Origin: Spirochaetia bacterium
GTDB taxonomy: Bacteria; Spirochaetota; Spirochaetia; SP-2023
Assembly (NCBI GenBank): GCA_965263295.1
Contig: OZ253665.1
Coordinates: forward strand, 1,472,001 to 1,536,000
Length of the DNA stretch: 64,000 nucleotides
Reading direction: 5' to 3'
Positions 40,661 through 50,843 of this stretch are shown here, one piece after another (within the stretch, counting starts at the first letter, position 1; every line of letters begins with the position of its first letter). The notes under the pieces were generated by a model. That model worked only from the letters and a program-made list of their open reading frames with translations, was not told where the DNA came from and made no database searches. The position numbers and the translations under genes are program-made.

Positions 40661-41011
40661 TTAGCGCGGACGAACTTGTTCGACGATGGCGCTGAAAGCC
40701 TTGGGATCCTCAATAGCCATGTTGGACAGAGCTTTGCGGTTCAGCTGGACCTTATTTTTGATGACTCCAGCCATGAACTGCGAGTAGCTCAAACCTTGCT
40801 CGCGGCAGGCGGCAGAAATTCGCGCTATCCACAGACGGCGAAAGTCGCGTTTTTTGCGCTTGCGGTCGCGATAGGCATAAGCGCCAGCTTTAGCCGTTGC
40901 ATCTTTGGCCTGGCGAAGAAGTTTACCCGGTTTCCCGCGAAATCCCTTGGCTCTTTCGAGTACTTTTTTACTGCGATCTTTGCGACGTGTCCCATCAATA
41001 GCTCTCGGCAT
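40661..41011 (-). CDS. rplT: 50S ribosomal protein L20
   Basis: AKGFRG, YAYRDRKRKKRDFRRLWIARI, LNRKALS. Confidence 0.97.
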   Translation of the reverse strand: MPRAIDGTRRKDRSKKVLERAKGFRGKPGKLLRQAKDATAKAGAYAYRDRKRKKRDFRRLWIARISAACREQGLSYSQFMAGVIKNKVQLNRKALSNMAIEDPKAFSAIVEQVRPR

Positions 41012-41054
41012 TTCCTGACTCCAATAAAATAAAAAGTAATGTACTTGGCTGGGC

Positions 41055-41252
41055 CTAACTGTAAGGCAGCATACGGCGGGCTCTTGTAAATTCGACCTTG
41101 TCTAGCACAGCTCCCTTGCGCAATCTGCGTTTGCGCTTGGCTGATTTTTTGGTCAGAATATGGCGGAGCCCCTGTTTTTTGATCACAATTTTTCCGGAAC
41201 CGGTCACCTTGTAACGGGAAGCGGCAGCTTTGCGAGTCTTCATCTTTGGCAT
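41055..41252 (-). CDS. rpmI: 50S ribosomal protein L35
   Basis: MPKMKT.KAA..R..VTGSGK, HILTKKS.KRKR. Confidence 0.97.
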   Translation of the reverse strand: MPKMKTRKAAASRYKVTGSGKIVIKKQGLRHILTKKSAKRKRRLRKGAVLDKVEFTRARRMLPYS

Positions 41253-41295
41253 ACATTCACCCTCTATATCCGCCTGTGCTAAGCATAAGAAAATT

Positions 41296-41841
41296 CTATT
41301 TTTTAGAAGCAGATTTTCTGGCGCTGAGTATCATACTCAACAGGCGCCCCTCCATTTTGGGACGCGAATCAATATTATAACTATGTTCTTCAAGATGTGC
41401 AAGGACTTTATTTAAGACGTTGTCGCCCAAGTACTCGGTGTGGGCCAATTCGCGGCCGCGGAAGCGGACGGTTACTTTGACCTTGAAGCCTTCTGTAAGA
41501 AAATTCTGAATCTGTCGGGTTTTGAAAACGACGTCATGTTCGTTAATTTTCGGCTGCATGCGGATTTCTTTGAATTTGGTCTGCTGCTGGTGTTTTTTCT
41601 GTTCGCGTTGCCGTTTCTCTTGCTCAAATTTGAATTTGCCGTAGTTGATAATTTTACAGACGGGAGGTCGGGCCTGTGGCGCGACTTCCACTAGGTCCAG
41701 GCCGAGCTGTTCTGCTTGCTGCAATGCTTGTCGAAGGGGAATAACCCCTATTTTTTCTTCTTGGGGGCCAATAAGGAAAACTTCCTGCGATTTTATCTGG
41801 CGATTTATGGCCAGGTCCTTCTTTTTTACATTTGCAGACAA
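41296..41841 (-). CDS. infC: Translation initiation factor IF-3 (TTG start)
   Basis: [37 protein letters not shown] upstream of TTG. Confidence 0.96.
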   Translation of the reverse strand: MSANVKKKDLAINRQIKSQEVFLIGPQEEKIGVIPLRQALQQAEQLGLDLVEVAPQARPPVCKIINYGKFKFEQEKRQREQKKHQQQTKFKEIRMQPKINEHDVVFKTRQIQNFLTEGFKVKVTVRFRGRELAHTEYLGDNVLNKVLAHLEEHSYNIDSRPKMEGRLLSMILSARKSASKK

Positions 41842-42193
41842 AAAAACGTCCTTTTCCCGCCGGGGTACGGATATTTTACCGATGCCCTTGCCATTGCTCT
41901 TGCCCTGGCTACACTTGGGGATATTAAGATGAATCCTGAAAAGTCATTCAGGATTCTAAATTTGTAAGGAATTATGTGAAAATTGTGTGTTTTGTCCAGC
42001 TCATTTACTGGATATCAAGCCGGTTTGTAAAATTGAGTCCCCCTAGATTTTATTTTCTAGATTTTATTTGCTAGATTCTATTTTTTACCGAATTTTGCCT
42101 CCCTCGTGCCGAGAGATCCTCTTTGGCGCGCCGCTGTGCAAGGCCGGCACTAGAGCCGGCAATTTTTATTTTCTGAGATCCTGTGCCATTCTG

Positions 42194-43267
42194 TCATTCC
42201 AGGTTCTCCCAGTAGCGGCCGATTACGCGGTATTCTTCGCTAATGCGCCCCAGTTCGCCAAAAAATTCAGCCTCTTTTGCCGGCGTCAAATCGCCAGCGA
42301 TGCGAGTGTCGAGGTAGAAGCGGTAACTCCACGGTTGCCCCATGATCGGGCGCGATTCGAGTTTAGTCAAATCGAGCTCATAATGCTGAAAGATTTGCAG
42401 GGCGCGGGCCAGGCTGCCGGAGAAGTTGCGCAGGCGCAGGCAGATGCTCCACTTGTCGCCAAATTTTTGGCCCGGCCTCTGTTTTTCCCAGGCCGCGATT
42501 TGCGAGCGCAGCCGCCGGGCATCGCATACGATGGCAAAGCGGGTGTAGTTGTGTGGGTTGTTTTCGATGGCCCGGGCCAAAATTTTCATGTCGTATATTT
42601 CTGCGGCCAGGGCGCTGGCGATGGCCCCGATGCTGGCCTTCCCGCTGGCCCCTCCGCTGGCCCCTCCGCTGGCAATAGGGTTTTCGCTGAGTTCGCGCAC
42701 GGAGCCCGCCGTGTCAAAGTTGGCGACGGCTTGCAGGCCGTGTCGCTCGATAAAGTGGCTGGATTGAGCCAGGGCCTGGGGGTGTGAGCGCACAGTTTTT
42801 AAGTGTCGCAGCTCGCTGCCTTTGGCCGCAATCAACATGTGCGAGACGCGCAGGCGCGTCTCCGCGCAGATGCATAATTGGGGATATTCGAGCAGCAAGT
42901 CGTAGTTTTCCATGATGGAACCGGCCAAAGAATTTTCTAGCGGCACGGTGGCAAAGTCGGCGCGGCCGTCTTGTACGGCGGCAAAAATGCCGCGGAAATT
43001 GGCGCAGGGTAAGGGCTTGAGGCCGGCAAAGCTTTTGTCGGGATAGATTGCGCCGCCCTTGTCACTGCAGAAAAATTGCCGCAGGGCCTGTTCGCTGTAG
43101 GCGCCCGGCTCGCCTTGAAACGCCACGCTCAGATGGCCCGGCGCGGTGTCCGCGCCCGCAGCATTTAGCTGGATCTGTGCTTGGGCCGGTAATTGGGCGG
43201 ATGCTTGGGCCGGTGCTTGGGCTGGCAATTGGGAATCGCCGCAACTTGCGGCATTATTGTGTTGCAT
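42194..43267 (-). CDS. pheA: Prephenate dehydratase (PDT + ACT)
   Basis: AFQGEPGAYSE, PLENS..GS, SHPQALAQ, NYTRF, LTKLESRP, FYLD; no chorismate mutase domain. Confidence 0.9.
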   Translation of the reverse strand: MQHNNAASCGDSQLPAQAPAQASAQLPAQAQIQLNAAGADTAPGHLSVAFQGEPGAYSEQALRQFFCSDKGGAIYPDKSFAGLKPLPCANFRGIFAAVQDGRADFATVPLENSLAGSIMENYDLLLEYPQLCICAETRLRVSHMLIAAKGSELRHLKTVRSHPQALAQSSHFIERHGLQAVANFDTAGSVRELSENPIASGGASGGASGKASIGAIASALAAEIYDMKILARAIENNPHNYTRFAIVCDARRLRSQIAAWEKQRPGQKFGDKWSICLRLRNFSGSLARALQIFQHYELDLTKLESRPIMGQPWSYRFYLDTRIAGDLTPAKEAEFFGELGRISEEYRVIGRYWENLE

Positions 43268-43295
43268 TTTGTCGTGTGTTTGAGCTTTATAGCAC

Positions 43296-43375
43296 AAAAG
43301 AGGCGCCGGCGCAAGCCGGGCCCCTCTGACATTAGACACCTCGATGTAGGTCCCCATGGAGGGCCTACATCAAGG
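43296..43375 (-). terminator. Tandem hairpins / intrinsic terminator after the surface-protein gene
   Basis: CCTTGATGTAGG...CCTACATCGAGG hairpin, then GAGGGGCCCGGC-TTGC-GCCGGCGCCTC-TTTT. Confidence 0.65.
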
Positions 43376-43403
43376 AAAAACGTGAACCTAGACGGCTCAA
43401 TCC

Positions 43404-44942
43404 TTATTTGACCGACTGTTTGAAAACCGAGGTGAAGCTGGCATTCAGGCTGATGTCCAGGTAAGTCTTGAATGCGGCATTCTTTGATTCAATGGAAGTT
43501 TCAGAACCGACGTAGCCTATATCATTGTTGACTTTGAACGGAGCGATATTTTCCATGCCAAACTCAGCCGACAGTGCAACTGAAGCATTTTCCTGGTTGA
43601 CAAAGCGCTGTGTCAGACCCAGTCCCCAGGAACCCAGGTAGCCCTCGCGGCTGATTTCAACTTCCCAAAGAGGAGTATTGGGGTCATTTTGATCGTAGAC
43701 GACCATTTTATCGGGCTGGTTCAGGTCAAAGCGCGCCTTGGCCCAGAGGCTCAGGTAGTTGTCACCCATCATGGAGCGCAGGGCGTGCGTCCAAACCTTG
43801 AGGCCAAAGCCACTGAATGCCTTGTTCGCGGTATATTTCTGTTTCACCTCGCCTTTCTTGTCGAGCTTTTCGTAGTAGTTGTTGTTGTCGCGCATTTCGC
43901 CATCCAGGTCGAGACCGACGCCGACGAGGTCGTATTTGTCGGCATCATCACGCAGCTGGAACTTGAGGCCGGCACTCCAGCCAATCAGGGGATTGACGTA
44001 GGATAAGGCCGGGTGGGCCAACAGGCCCTTCAAACTCAGGTTGGCGAAGGGCATGATCTTGATGGCACCGAAGGTGCCGGTGTAGGCCACGGAAATGCCC
44101 AGGTTATCCCAGTCGTCTGCCTCCTTCTTTAAAAGCTTGCTCTCATCGCCAAAATTGTAGTCCGTGTTGTCGGTAAAATCGACGACATAACCCACGGAGG
44201 CCTTAATGTTGTGGTCGCCAAAGCTCTTGTCGAAGAGCAGGCCCCAACCCATGTCGTAGTCGCTGTCACCGCTGTCGATCATGGCAAAGCTGGTGCCGTA
44301 GCGCACCGTCAACATGTCCATGATTTTCAGGTCCAGCTGCATGTTGGTCTTGTCGTCGCGGTCGAGTCCATCGACATTGGCCTTCCAATCGTCCTGGCCC
44401 GCATCTTCGGCATTGTCAAAGCCGACCTTAAAGCGACCGCTTTTCAGGTAGACATCAAAGATTTTGGCATCCACGCCAAAAGCCTGCAAGACGTGCGCAT
44501 ACGCATACGCATTATCGCCAAAACCAACAATATACGGAATACCATCGCCACCGCTGCTAATCGCTTCGGCGCGGTTAAATTTGCCTTCCAACTCGATGAC
44601 GGCACCACCGATGCCGTCGTAGTCGGCTTCAAACTTGACGCGACCCTTGGCATCGCCATCGGTGTAAAGATTATGACCTTTGAGGGTCTTATCGCCGGAA
44701 AAGTAAACACGCCCTTTGCCGCTGACGCTGGGGGTCGCTTTAACCGTAATAATGCCTTCTGCCTGATCTACGGCCTCTGACGTCCCCTCCAATTCGTCTG
44801 GGCTCTCTGGGCTTGCCAGTTCTGCCGCAGCCGGGGCCTCTGCGGCTACCTCGGCTTCTTGAACTTCCTGCACTTCCTGGGCAAACAGGCTGTGCATGCC
44901 GGCAACAAGAAGCAGCAAAAATACGATATTTAACTTCTTCAT
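43404..44942 (-). CDS. Secreted protein, probable outer-membrane beta-barrel (major-surface-protein-like)
   Basis: MKK + hydrophobic + LFA signal peptide, E/A/P-rich N-tail, many alternating amphipathic strands with Gly/aromatics, AGGAGG RBS. Confidence 0.6.
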   Translation of the reverse strand: MKKLNIVFLLLLVAGMHSLFAQEVQEVQEAEVAAEAPAAAELASPESPDELEGTSEAVDQAEGIITVKATPSVSGKGRVYFSGDKTLKGHNLYTDGDAKGRVKFEADYDGIGGAVIELEGKFNRAEAISSGGDGIPYIVGFGDNAYAYAHVLQAFGVDAKIFDVYLKSGRFKVGFDNAEDAGQDDWKANVDGLDRDDKTNMQLDLKIMDMLTVRYGTSFAMIDSGDSDYDMGWGLLFDKSFGDHNIKASVGYVVDFTDNTDYNFGDESKLLKKEADDWDNLGISVAYTGTFGAIKIMPFANLSLKGLLAHPALSYVNPLIGWSAGLKFQLRDDADKYDLVGVGLDLDGEMRDNNNYYEKLDKKGEVKQKYTANKAFSGFGLKVWTHALRSMMGDNYLSLWAKARFDLNQPDKMVVYDQNDPNTPLWEVEISREGYLGSWGLGLTQRFVNQENASVALSAEFGMENIAPFKVNNDIGYVGSETSIESKNAAFKTYLDISLNASFTSVFKQSVK

Positions 44943-45082
44943 TCTATCCTCCTGTAGAAGTATGAAATCTGAGCTAACTTAGTTACGCCTCCAAGAAGGC
45001 GCCAAGCTAACAAACGATTTTCTACATGAAATGAGGAAGAATGTCAAACCGATTTTCTTTGCAATGAGCCATTTTTTCATAG

Positions 45083-45420
45083 AATTTTTATAAAATAGTT
45101 TGTACTACCAGTATTGTATATCAATCTTATAATTATAGATTATTGGGGATTTAATTCAGAATTGTGTAAAATACATTTTTACACAATAAAAATTTAAGTC
45201 TTAAATAAATTTAATTTAAGAAAAATCATATTAATATTTATTTGATTAATAAGATTTCTATAAAATACTTTGTGCTATCAGTATTGCAAATTCAGCTTAT
45301 AGCTATAAATTATTGAGGACTCAATTCGATACTATGTAAAATATATTTTTATTGAATGAAAATTTTAGTCTGAATTTAATTTCATACAGAGAATATTAAT
45401 ATTTATTTGATGATTTTAAG
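45083..45420. repeat. Diverged tandem duplication, two ~170-bp AT-rich units
   Basis: TAAAATAGTTTGTACTACCAGTATTG at 45091 vs TAAAATACTTTGTGCTATCAGTATTG at 45261; both units end ATATTAATATTTATTTGAT. Confidence 0.85.
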
Positions 45421-45421
45421 T

Positions 45422-45495
45422 TGGAGCTGGGGGGAATCGAACCCCCTACCTCTTGAATGCCATTCAAGCGCTCTAGCCAAGTGAGCTACAGCCCC
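45422..45495 (-). tRNA. tRNA-Ala (GGC)
   Basis: GGGGCTG/CAGCTCC acceptor with G3:U70, anticodon arm CTTGA-ATGGCAT-TCAAG, GGTTCGATTCC. Confidence 0.95.
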
Positions 45496-45628
45496 ATAAG
45501 GTTTGTTCAGCATATTTGAAAACAATCTTTGGTCAAGACGCACTGGGCAAAAAAGCAGCGCGATTTTTCACTAGGCGACAAAATACCCCCAAATATCCCC
45601 AATATATGGGCTTCTATGTCTTGTTTTG

Positions 45629-46741
45629 TCATTTTTGCAGGGGACGCAAAGAACCTTTGACTTTGTGTTGTAGACCGCCAGATGTTTCCAGTAAGAGTTC
45701 GCCGCAAGATCCCAAACCGCGCAGAATTCCCAAGGCGCGTTGTGCTGGAACTTGTCTGTGCGTATTTTGGCCCGCGCCGGCATGCTCAAATCCAAACCAT
45801 TCCACCCACTCGTTACGGAAAGCCAAATGGGGTTCAATTTCGGCCACTAAGTTGTCGATATGGAGATAGTTCAGCCAACGTGCCCAGGCCAGCTGCAGAC
45901 GAGAAACGCAGGCCAGCCAGAAGTCGAGCAAGTCGCTTGTCATGCCTGGGGAATCCTGCAATGAAACCGCAGGCATTGTCGGCAATTCGTTTGCAGATAT
46001 GGGGGGAACTTGCAGCTCTGCTTTCGGCGCAAAGTTTAGCCCCAGGCCAAATGTCAGGACGCCCCTCTTATTTTCTAGCAGCAGACCGCCGGCCTTGCCC
46101 CACAAGCCTGTCGCATTTGTTTTTGAATCAGTCCATAGAACCATATCGTTGGGCCATTTTAGCCACACGGGGTAGCCGTTAGCTCGTAGTTCCCGCACGA
46201 CTTCATTGGCTAGCAACATAGGCAGCAAAGTTGGGTACTGGCTTAAAGTTGCGCCCAAACTGCTCTCAGGGCTTGAAACCCGTGCGGACACAGTGGGGAG
46301 CTGAGGAAGAGTTGAGCTGACGCACAGATTCCCCAGCGGGCTTTGCCATTGCCGCCCATATTGACCCCGGCCATTAGTCTGGTAACAAGCCATGGCCCAG
46401 TTCCAAATGCTTTGCTCAGCTTGGTAATCAAGTTGGAACCCAATTGGGTAGTTTTGTGGGTAGTTTTGTGGGTAGTTTTGTGGGTAGTTTTGGCGCCGGC
46501 TCGATTCCCACAACCGGGCTAGCGCTGCAAAAGTTGAGTCACAGCGCAAAAATATGCTGTTACGTGGGCCCCTTGACCAAGGGGAATGAGACGAATAATA
46601 CGCAGAACTTAAGCATTCTTTCAGTTGGCCTTCAGACAGCAGTTGATAGTCGTGTCGGGCCAGGCTGTGCCGCCACAGTGGACTAGATTTCTGGATATCC
46701 TGAAGTTCAGACCGCGAACCAATTACATATAACATATGCAT
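45629..46741 (-). CDS. birA: Biotin--protein ligase
   Basis: STF, QTNGRGQYGRQWQSP.GNL..S, LKWPND, KAGGLLLE, GLGLN; no clear N-terminal HTH. Confidence 0.85.
   Translation of the reverse strand: MHMLYVIGSRSELQDIQKSSPLWRHSLARHDYQLLSEGQLKECLSSAYYSSHSPWSRGPRNSIFLRCDSTFAALARLWESSRRQNYPQNYPQNYPQNYPIGFQLDYQAEQSIWNWAMACYQTNGRGQYGRQWQSPLGNLCVSSTLPQLPTVSARVSSPESSLGATLSQYPTLLPMLLANEVVRELRANGYPVWLKWPNDMVLWTDSKTNATGLWGKAGGLLLENKRGVLTFGLGLNFAPKAELQVPPISANELPTMPAVSLQDSPGMTSDLLDFWLACVSRLQLAWARWLNYLHIDNLVAEIEPHLAFRNEWVEWFGFEHAGAGQNTHRQVPAQRALGILRGLGSCGELLLETSGGLQHKVKGSLRPLQK
46445..46492 (+). repeat. 12-bp tandem repeat x4 within birA (QNYP x4)
   Basis: TGGGTAGTTTTG x4. Confidence 0.9.
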
Positions 46742-46905
46742 GCTGGGACATTTTCCGGGTTTAAGTGCCTATATTAAATGTGATTTAAAATGTGATTTAA
46801 ATGGCAAAAGTTAATGATTGGTTAATGATTAAAGGCGATGAGCCAAATAGCGGCTCATCGCCTAATTCAGAAGAATATTTTCCTATATTTTTGTATGTAA
46901 AGGCC

Positions 46906-47925
46906 TTAGAACGGGCTACTCCCGCCACCGCCACCACCAAAGGGATTGCCACCGCCGCCAAAGAGATCGTTAGACGAACTACCCGAGTTCAGGCTGGGAG
47001 CCCCCGAGCCAAAAGGAGAACTGCCCGAACTGCCCGAACTGCCCGAACTGCCGCCCGACGAGTTGTCACTGTAAAGGCCTTGATCTTCTTTCTTACGTTT
47101 TATTGCCTTCAAGCTAATTTCACATTTGTTCAGTAGATTCTCGTTGAGACCCACTAGTAAGTCTGGCCGGCGATTAAGAATATCTATCGTGCGGTTCAAG
47201 TCTTCAATTGCAGAATCCAGCTCCCCTGTATCACTATAGAGAATGGCCCGATTGTACAGCGTCACGACATCTTCGGGATCAAACTCCAACGCTTTCTGAT
47301 AATCTTCCAAAGCAGCCTTGTAGTTCTTTTGAGCGTAATAAACGATGCCACGACCACTATAGGCACCACCGTAACGTGGATCGAGGACCAAAGCTGTGGA
47401 AAAATCCAACAGAGCCGCCTGTATATTCCCCGTTGCGTGATTCGCCAAACCGCGGTTAGCATAGACTACGGCACTTTCTGGATCAATATCTAATGACCGG
47501 TTGTAGTCTTCAATGGCTTTGCCATATTCCTGATTTGCTGAAAAAGCACTACCGCGGGAAGAAAATATCGCAGCTTGATCTCGTCCAGAAGAGAGCTCCA
47601 AGGCAAACGAGTAATTGCGGATGGCCTGGTCAAAGTTGCCGCTTCTTTGCAGAGCTTGGCCCAGGTGGTAATAGGCTCGATCATTACGATTGTCAAATTT
47701 TAACGAAAGGTTAAACAAGGCAATGGCACTGCTGTCCTGGCCTTTGTTCATCGCCTCAACCCCCCTCTCATAATACTCTTGTCCTTTGCGCTGGGTTTCC
47801 GAATTGGTCGTGGTTTTCTGAGCGTAAGCGCTCATGCCGGTAGTTCCCAGCAGCACAAAGAGTAGAACTCGATAGAGCTTTGACTGCAAAGCCTTTTTAC
47901 GGAACTTAATTTCTGTTTGCTTCAT
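46906..47925 (-). CDS. Secreted tetratricopeptide-repeat protein with G/S-rich tail
   Basis: Signal-like segment ending AYA, about six TPRs (Y.NRG...A..D...AL..DP), GSS repeats. Confidence 0.85.
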   Translation of the reverse strand: MKQTEIKFRKKALQSKLYRVLLFVLLGTTGMSAYAQKTTTNSETQRKGQEYYERGVEAMNKGQDSSAIALFNLSLKFDNRNDRAYYHLGQALQRSGNFDQAIRNYSFALELSSGRDQAAIFSSRGSAFSANQEYGKAIEDYNRSLDIDPESAVVYANRGLANHATGNIQAALLDFSTALVLDPRYGGAYSGRGIVYYAQKNYKAALEDYQKALEFDPEDVVTLYNRAILYSDTGELDSAIEDLNRTIDILNRRPDLLVGLNENLLNKCEISLKAIKRKKEDQGLYSDNSSGGSSGSSGSSGSSPFGSGAPSLNSGSSSNDLFGGGGNPFGGGGGGSSPF

Positions 47926-48095
47926 ATTTGTTCCCCTCAAACATATTCCCTTGCCTCTGCGAGGCCAGAAAGCATCTTAGCTTAAGTCACTAGTGCATGC
48001 AAGTTGTTTTATTCTTTTTTATTTGACAAGGAAAAAATTATTGTTTTTTCGCCGGCCCCAGGCTGTTATTTTTTGCGGGCTGTCGGCTTTTCCCC

Positions 48096-48860
48096 TCATT
48101 CTGCCAGAATTGAGTCGACTTGATTGTAGCCAAAAGCAAGGCGGAAATATTTGAGCAGTTGCCCCGCGATTCTAGGCAGCGCCAGCGGCGCGCTATTGGC
48201 CTCCAGCTCACCTCGCCAATACTCAAGTCCGAGCAACTCTTGCTCCAAGCTAGTGACACCGCGCCCGGCAATGCCGCAAGGTATGATTCGCTCAAAGAAA
48301 CTCAAATCCGTGCTAATGTTCAAGGCAAAGCCGTGCATTGAAACCCCTCGCTGGACTGAAATCCCCAGGGCGGCAATCTTGCGCGCGCTGCAAGCTTGTG
48401 CCCGGCCGTTATCGTCACCCAGCCAGACGCCTCTGTGTTGCAGATCGCGCCAGGGTGCCAGGCCGTAGCGCCCCCGCAGGAGCAGAATAATTGACTCTTC
48501 TAGTCGGTAAATCAACTCTTTGACGCCAATGCCCCGATTCTGGCCGCCGTCATCCGGGCCTCGGCCGTCGTCGAGCTCACCCAGTTTGGCGTGGAGATAC
48601 GCCACCAGTTGACCGGGCCCATGGTAGGTCATTTCACCGCCACGGCTGGACTGGACGACGGGAGCGCCCAGCATTGCCGCGGGCAATAGCATGTTGTGCT
48701 GGCTGTCACGGCGACCCATCGTAAATACACTGTCGTGTTCCAGCAGCAGCAAGGTATCGCAGATATTGTCGCGCACACGTTGCTCCCACGTTTCTAGCTG
48801 CAGGCGTAGTCCCTCTTCGTAGGATACCCGGCCCAAATATTTCGCAACCAAACGCTTCAT
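48096..48860 (-). CDS. lipB: Lipoyl(octanoyl) transferase
   Basis: LEH.SVFT.GR, RGGEMTYHGPGQLVAY, KIAALG, HGFALN, IIPCGI. Confidence 0.95.
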   Translation of the reverse strand: MKRLVAKYLGRVSYEEGLRLQLETWEQRVRDNICDTLLLLEHDSVFTMGRRDSQHNMLLPAAMLGAPVVQSSRGGEMTYHGPGQLVAYLHAKLGELDDGRGPDDGGQNRGIGVKELIYRLEESIILLLRGRYGLAPWRDLQHRGVWLGDDNGRAQACSARKIAALGISVQRGVSMHGFALNISTDLSFFERIIPCGIAGRGVTSLEQELLGLEYWRGELEANSAPLALPRIAGQLLKYFRLAFGYNQVDSILAE

Positions 48861-48943
48861 TTGGCTAACTCCTTATACCGGGGTATGGTCTTTATTTTTT
48901 CCACGGGAGCCGGTATTTCTTTCCGCTTCCTGCGGGGGCCCGG

Positions 48944-50731
48944 TCAGGATTCATAGGCATCCCGGTGGACATCGCGTACGGCGCGGCCGGATGGATCATC
49001 CAGCTGCCTGGGATCGGGGGCAACTTTGCCAGCGCTGACTAACCACTCAAAGCCAGTTTCTGTAGAGCAGGCTACGGACTTGACCTGAGGCACGGTCAAG
49101 GCGGCTGAAGCGCTGGGGAACTGCCTCTCAAAAATGCTGCGATACAGATAGGCTTCTTTTGTCCTCGGCGGATTGATGGCAAAACGCAGGCCGGCGCGCT
49201 GCATCTGCGCATTGCTGACTTCGCGTTCGGCCAATTTTTTGAGGCTGTCGATCCAGTTGTAACCCACGCCGTCGGAAAATTGTTCTTTTTGTCGCCACAG
49301 TATTTCGTCGTCCAGGTAAGTCTCAAAGGTCTTGCGCAGCAGCCATTTTTCCATACCGCGCTGGCGGCCGCTTGCGCCCTCGCCGGGGCGCACCATTTTA
49401 TTCGCCGGGTTGAAGCGCATGGCGACGTCCAGAAAGTGGCGGTCGAGAAACGGCACGCGGGTCTCCACGCCCCAGGCCATCATGGCCTTGTTGGCACGCA
49501 GGCAATCGTAATAATGAAGGCGTTGGAGTTTGCGTACCGTCTCTTCGTGCAATTCCCGCGGGCTGGGCGCGTGATGAAAGTACAAGTAGCCGCCAAAAAT
49601 CTCGTCGGCCCCTTCGCCAGAAAGAACCATCTTGATGCCCATCGATTTAATTTTACGAGCGAGCAAGTACATCGGCGTCGAGGCGCGGACGGTGGTGACA
49701 TCGTAGGTTTCCAAATGGTAAATTACCTGGTTTAAAGCGTTCAGGCCATCTTCGACGCCAAAGTGGAAATTGTGGTGCACCGTTCCCAGCTGGGCGGCGA
49801 CCTTGGCTGCTGCTTCGAGGTCGCCAGAGCCTTTCAGGCCGATGGCAAAAGAATGCAGGCGAGGCCACCAGGCCTCAGTTCGGTCGTCGTCTTCGACGCG
49901 GCGACGCGCGTAGTGCGCGGCAATTGCCGCGACGATGGAAGAATCCAGTCCGCCACTGAGCAAAACGCCGTAAGGTACGTCTGACATCAGGTGGCTGTGC
50001 ACCGAATCTTCTAGGCTGCTGCGCAGCAGGGCGCGGTCCCGGGCGGCCGCTTCTTTGTCATCTTGTTCAGCATCGAGCATGGCCTTGTCGCCAGCCGCTT
50101 GTTGCAACTCGGCAAAGTCAAACCAGTGGGCCCGGTAGTAGGCTTGCACCTGGCCGCTGCGGCTGTCGAGCAGGTTCCCTGGGGGAAAGGTATTTACCGC
50201 TGTGCAGCAATCGGCGATGCACTTCATTTCTGAAGCCACGTAAAAGTGCCCCTTTTCGTTGTAGCCAGTGTACAAGGGAATGATACCCATGTGGTCACGG
50301 GCCAACAGATATTCTTTGCGTTCATTGTTGTAAACAATGAACGCAAACATGCCGCGGAGCTCGTTGAAGAGTCTGGCCGCCTTGTCTGCCGGCTGCTGTA
50401 AGTAATCGAGGTACAAGGGCAGAATCACCTCGCAGTCGGAATCCGATTGGTAGCGATAGTCGCCATAGCGCTTGCGCAGCTCTTTGTAGTTGTAGATCTC
50501 GCCATTGACCACGAGCACCAGCTTGCCATCCGCCGAAAACAGCGGCTGCTCTCCAGATTCCATGCCGATAATGGCCAGGCGTTCGTGGGCAAACACAGCC
50601 TCATTGCTCATGTAGTAGCCGCTCCAGTCCGGGCCGCGATGGCGCTGGCGCGTCGACAGTCGCGTTAGCTGTTCGCGTTGTTCCTGGCTTTGGCCGTCTT
50701 CCAGTTCCAGTATTCCCAATATTCCGCACAT
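48944..50731 (-). CDS. asnB: Asparagine synthetase B (glutamine-hydrolysing)
   Basis: MCGI Ntn start, RHRGPDWSG, NGEIYN, LLSGGLDSS, SGEGADE, RQKEQFSDGVG. Confidence 0.96.
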   Translation of the reverse strand: MCGILGILELEDGQSQEQREQLTRLSTRQRHRGPDWSGYYMSNEAVFAHERLAIIGMESGEQPLFSADGKLVLVVNGEIYNYKELRKRYGDYRYQSDSDCEVILPLYLDYLQQPADKAARLFNELRGMFAFIVYNNERKEYLLARDHMGIIPLYTGYNEKGHFYVASEMKCIADCCTAVNTFPPGNLLDSRSGQVQAYYRAHWFDFAELQQAAGDKAMLDAEQDDKEAAARDRALLRSSLEDSVHSHLMSDVPYGVLLSGGLDSSIVAAIAAHYARRRVEDDDRTEAWWPRLHSFAIGLKGSGDLEAAAKVAAQLGTVHHNFHFGVEDGLNALNQVIYHLETYDVTTVRASTPMYLLARKIKSMGIKMVLSGEGADEIFGGYLYFHHAPSPRELHEETVRKLQRLHYYDCLRANKAMMAWGVETRVPFLDRHFLDVAMRFNPANKMVRPGEGASGRQRGMEKWLLRKTFETYLDDEILWRQKEQFSDGVGYNWIDSLKKLAEREVSNAQMQRAGLRFAINPPRTKEAYLYRSIFERQFPSASAALTVPQVKSVACSTETGFEWLVSAGKVAPDPRQLDDPSGRAVRDVHRDAYES

Positions 50732-50843
50732 AATTTTCTCCCCCACACGGGCAGATGCCCTCTGGCCTCGGTTTTAGGCAGCATAATGAAAATTTGTCCT
50801 TGCGAAAATGGGCAAGGCTTTGTCCTCAGGGTTTGCCTGTGTC

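Noticed and set aside
38956..45495. tRNA-Leu or tRNA-Ala as integration sites of an island
   Set aside because: No duplicated tRNA 3' end or integrase seen, and the intervening genes are core ribosomal and division genes
33871..46492. Short tandem repeats (for example at 33871, 42043, 46445) considered as CRISPR arrays
   Set aside because: Units are 9-15 bp, directly adjacent with no spacers; no cas genes present
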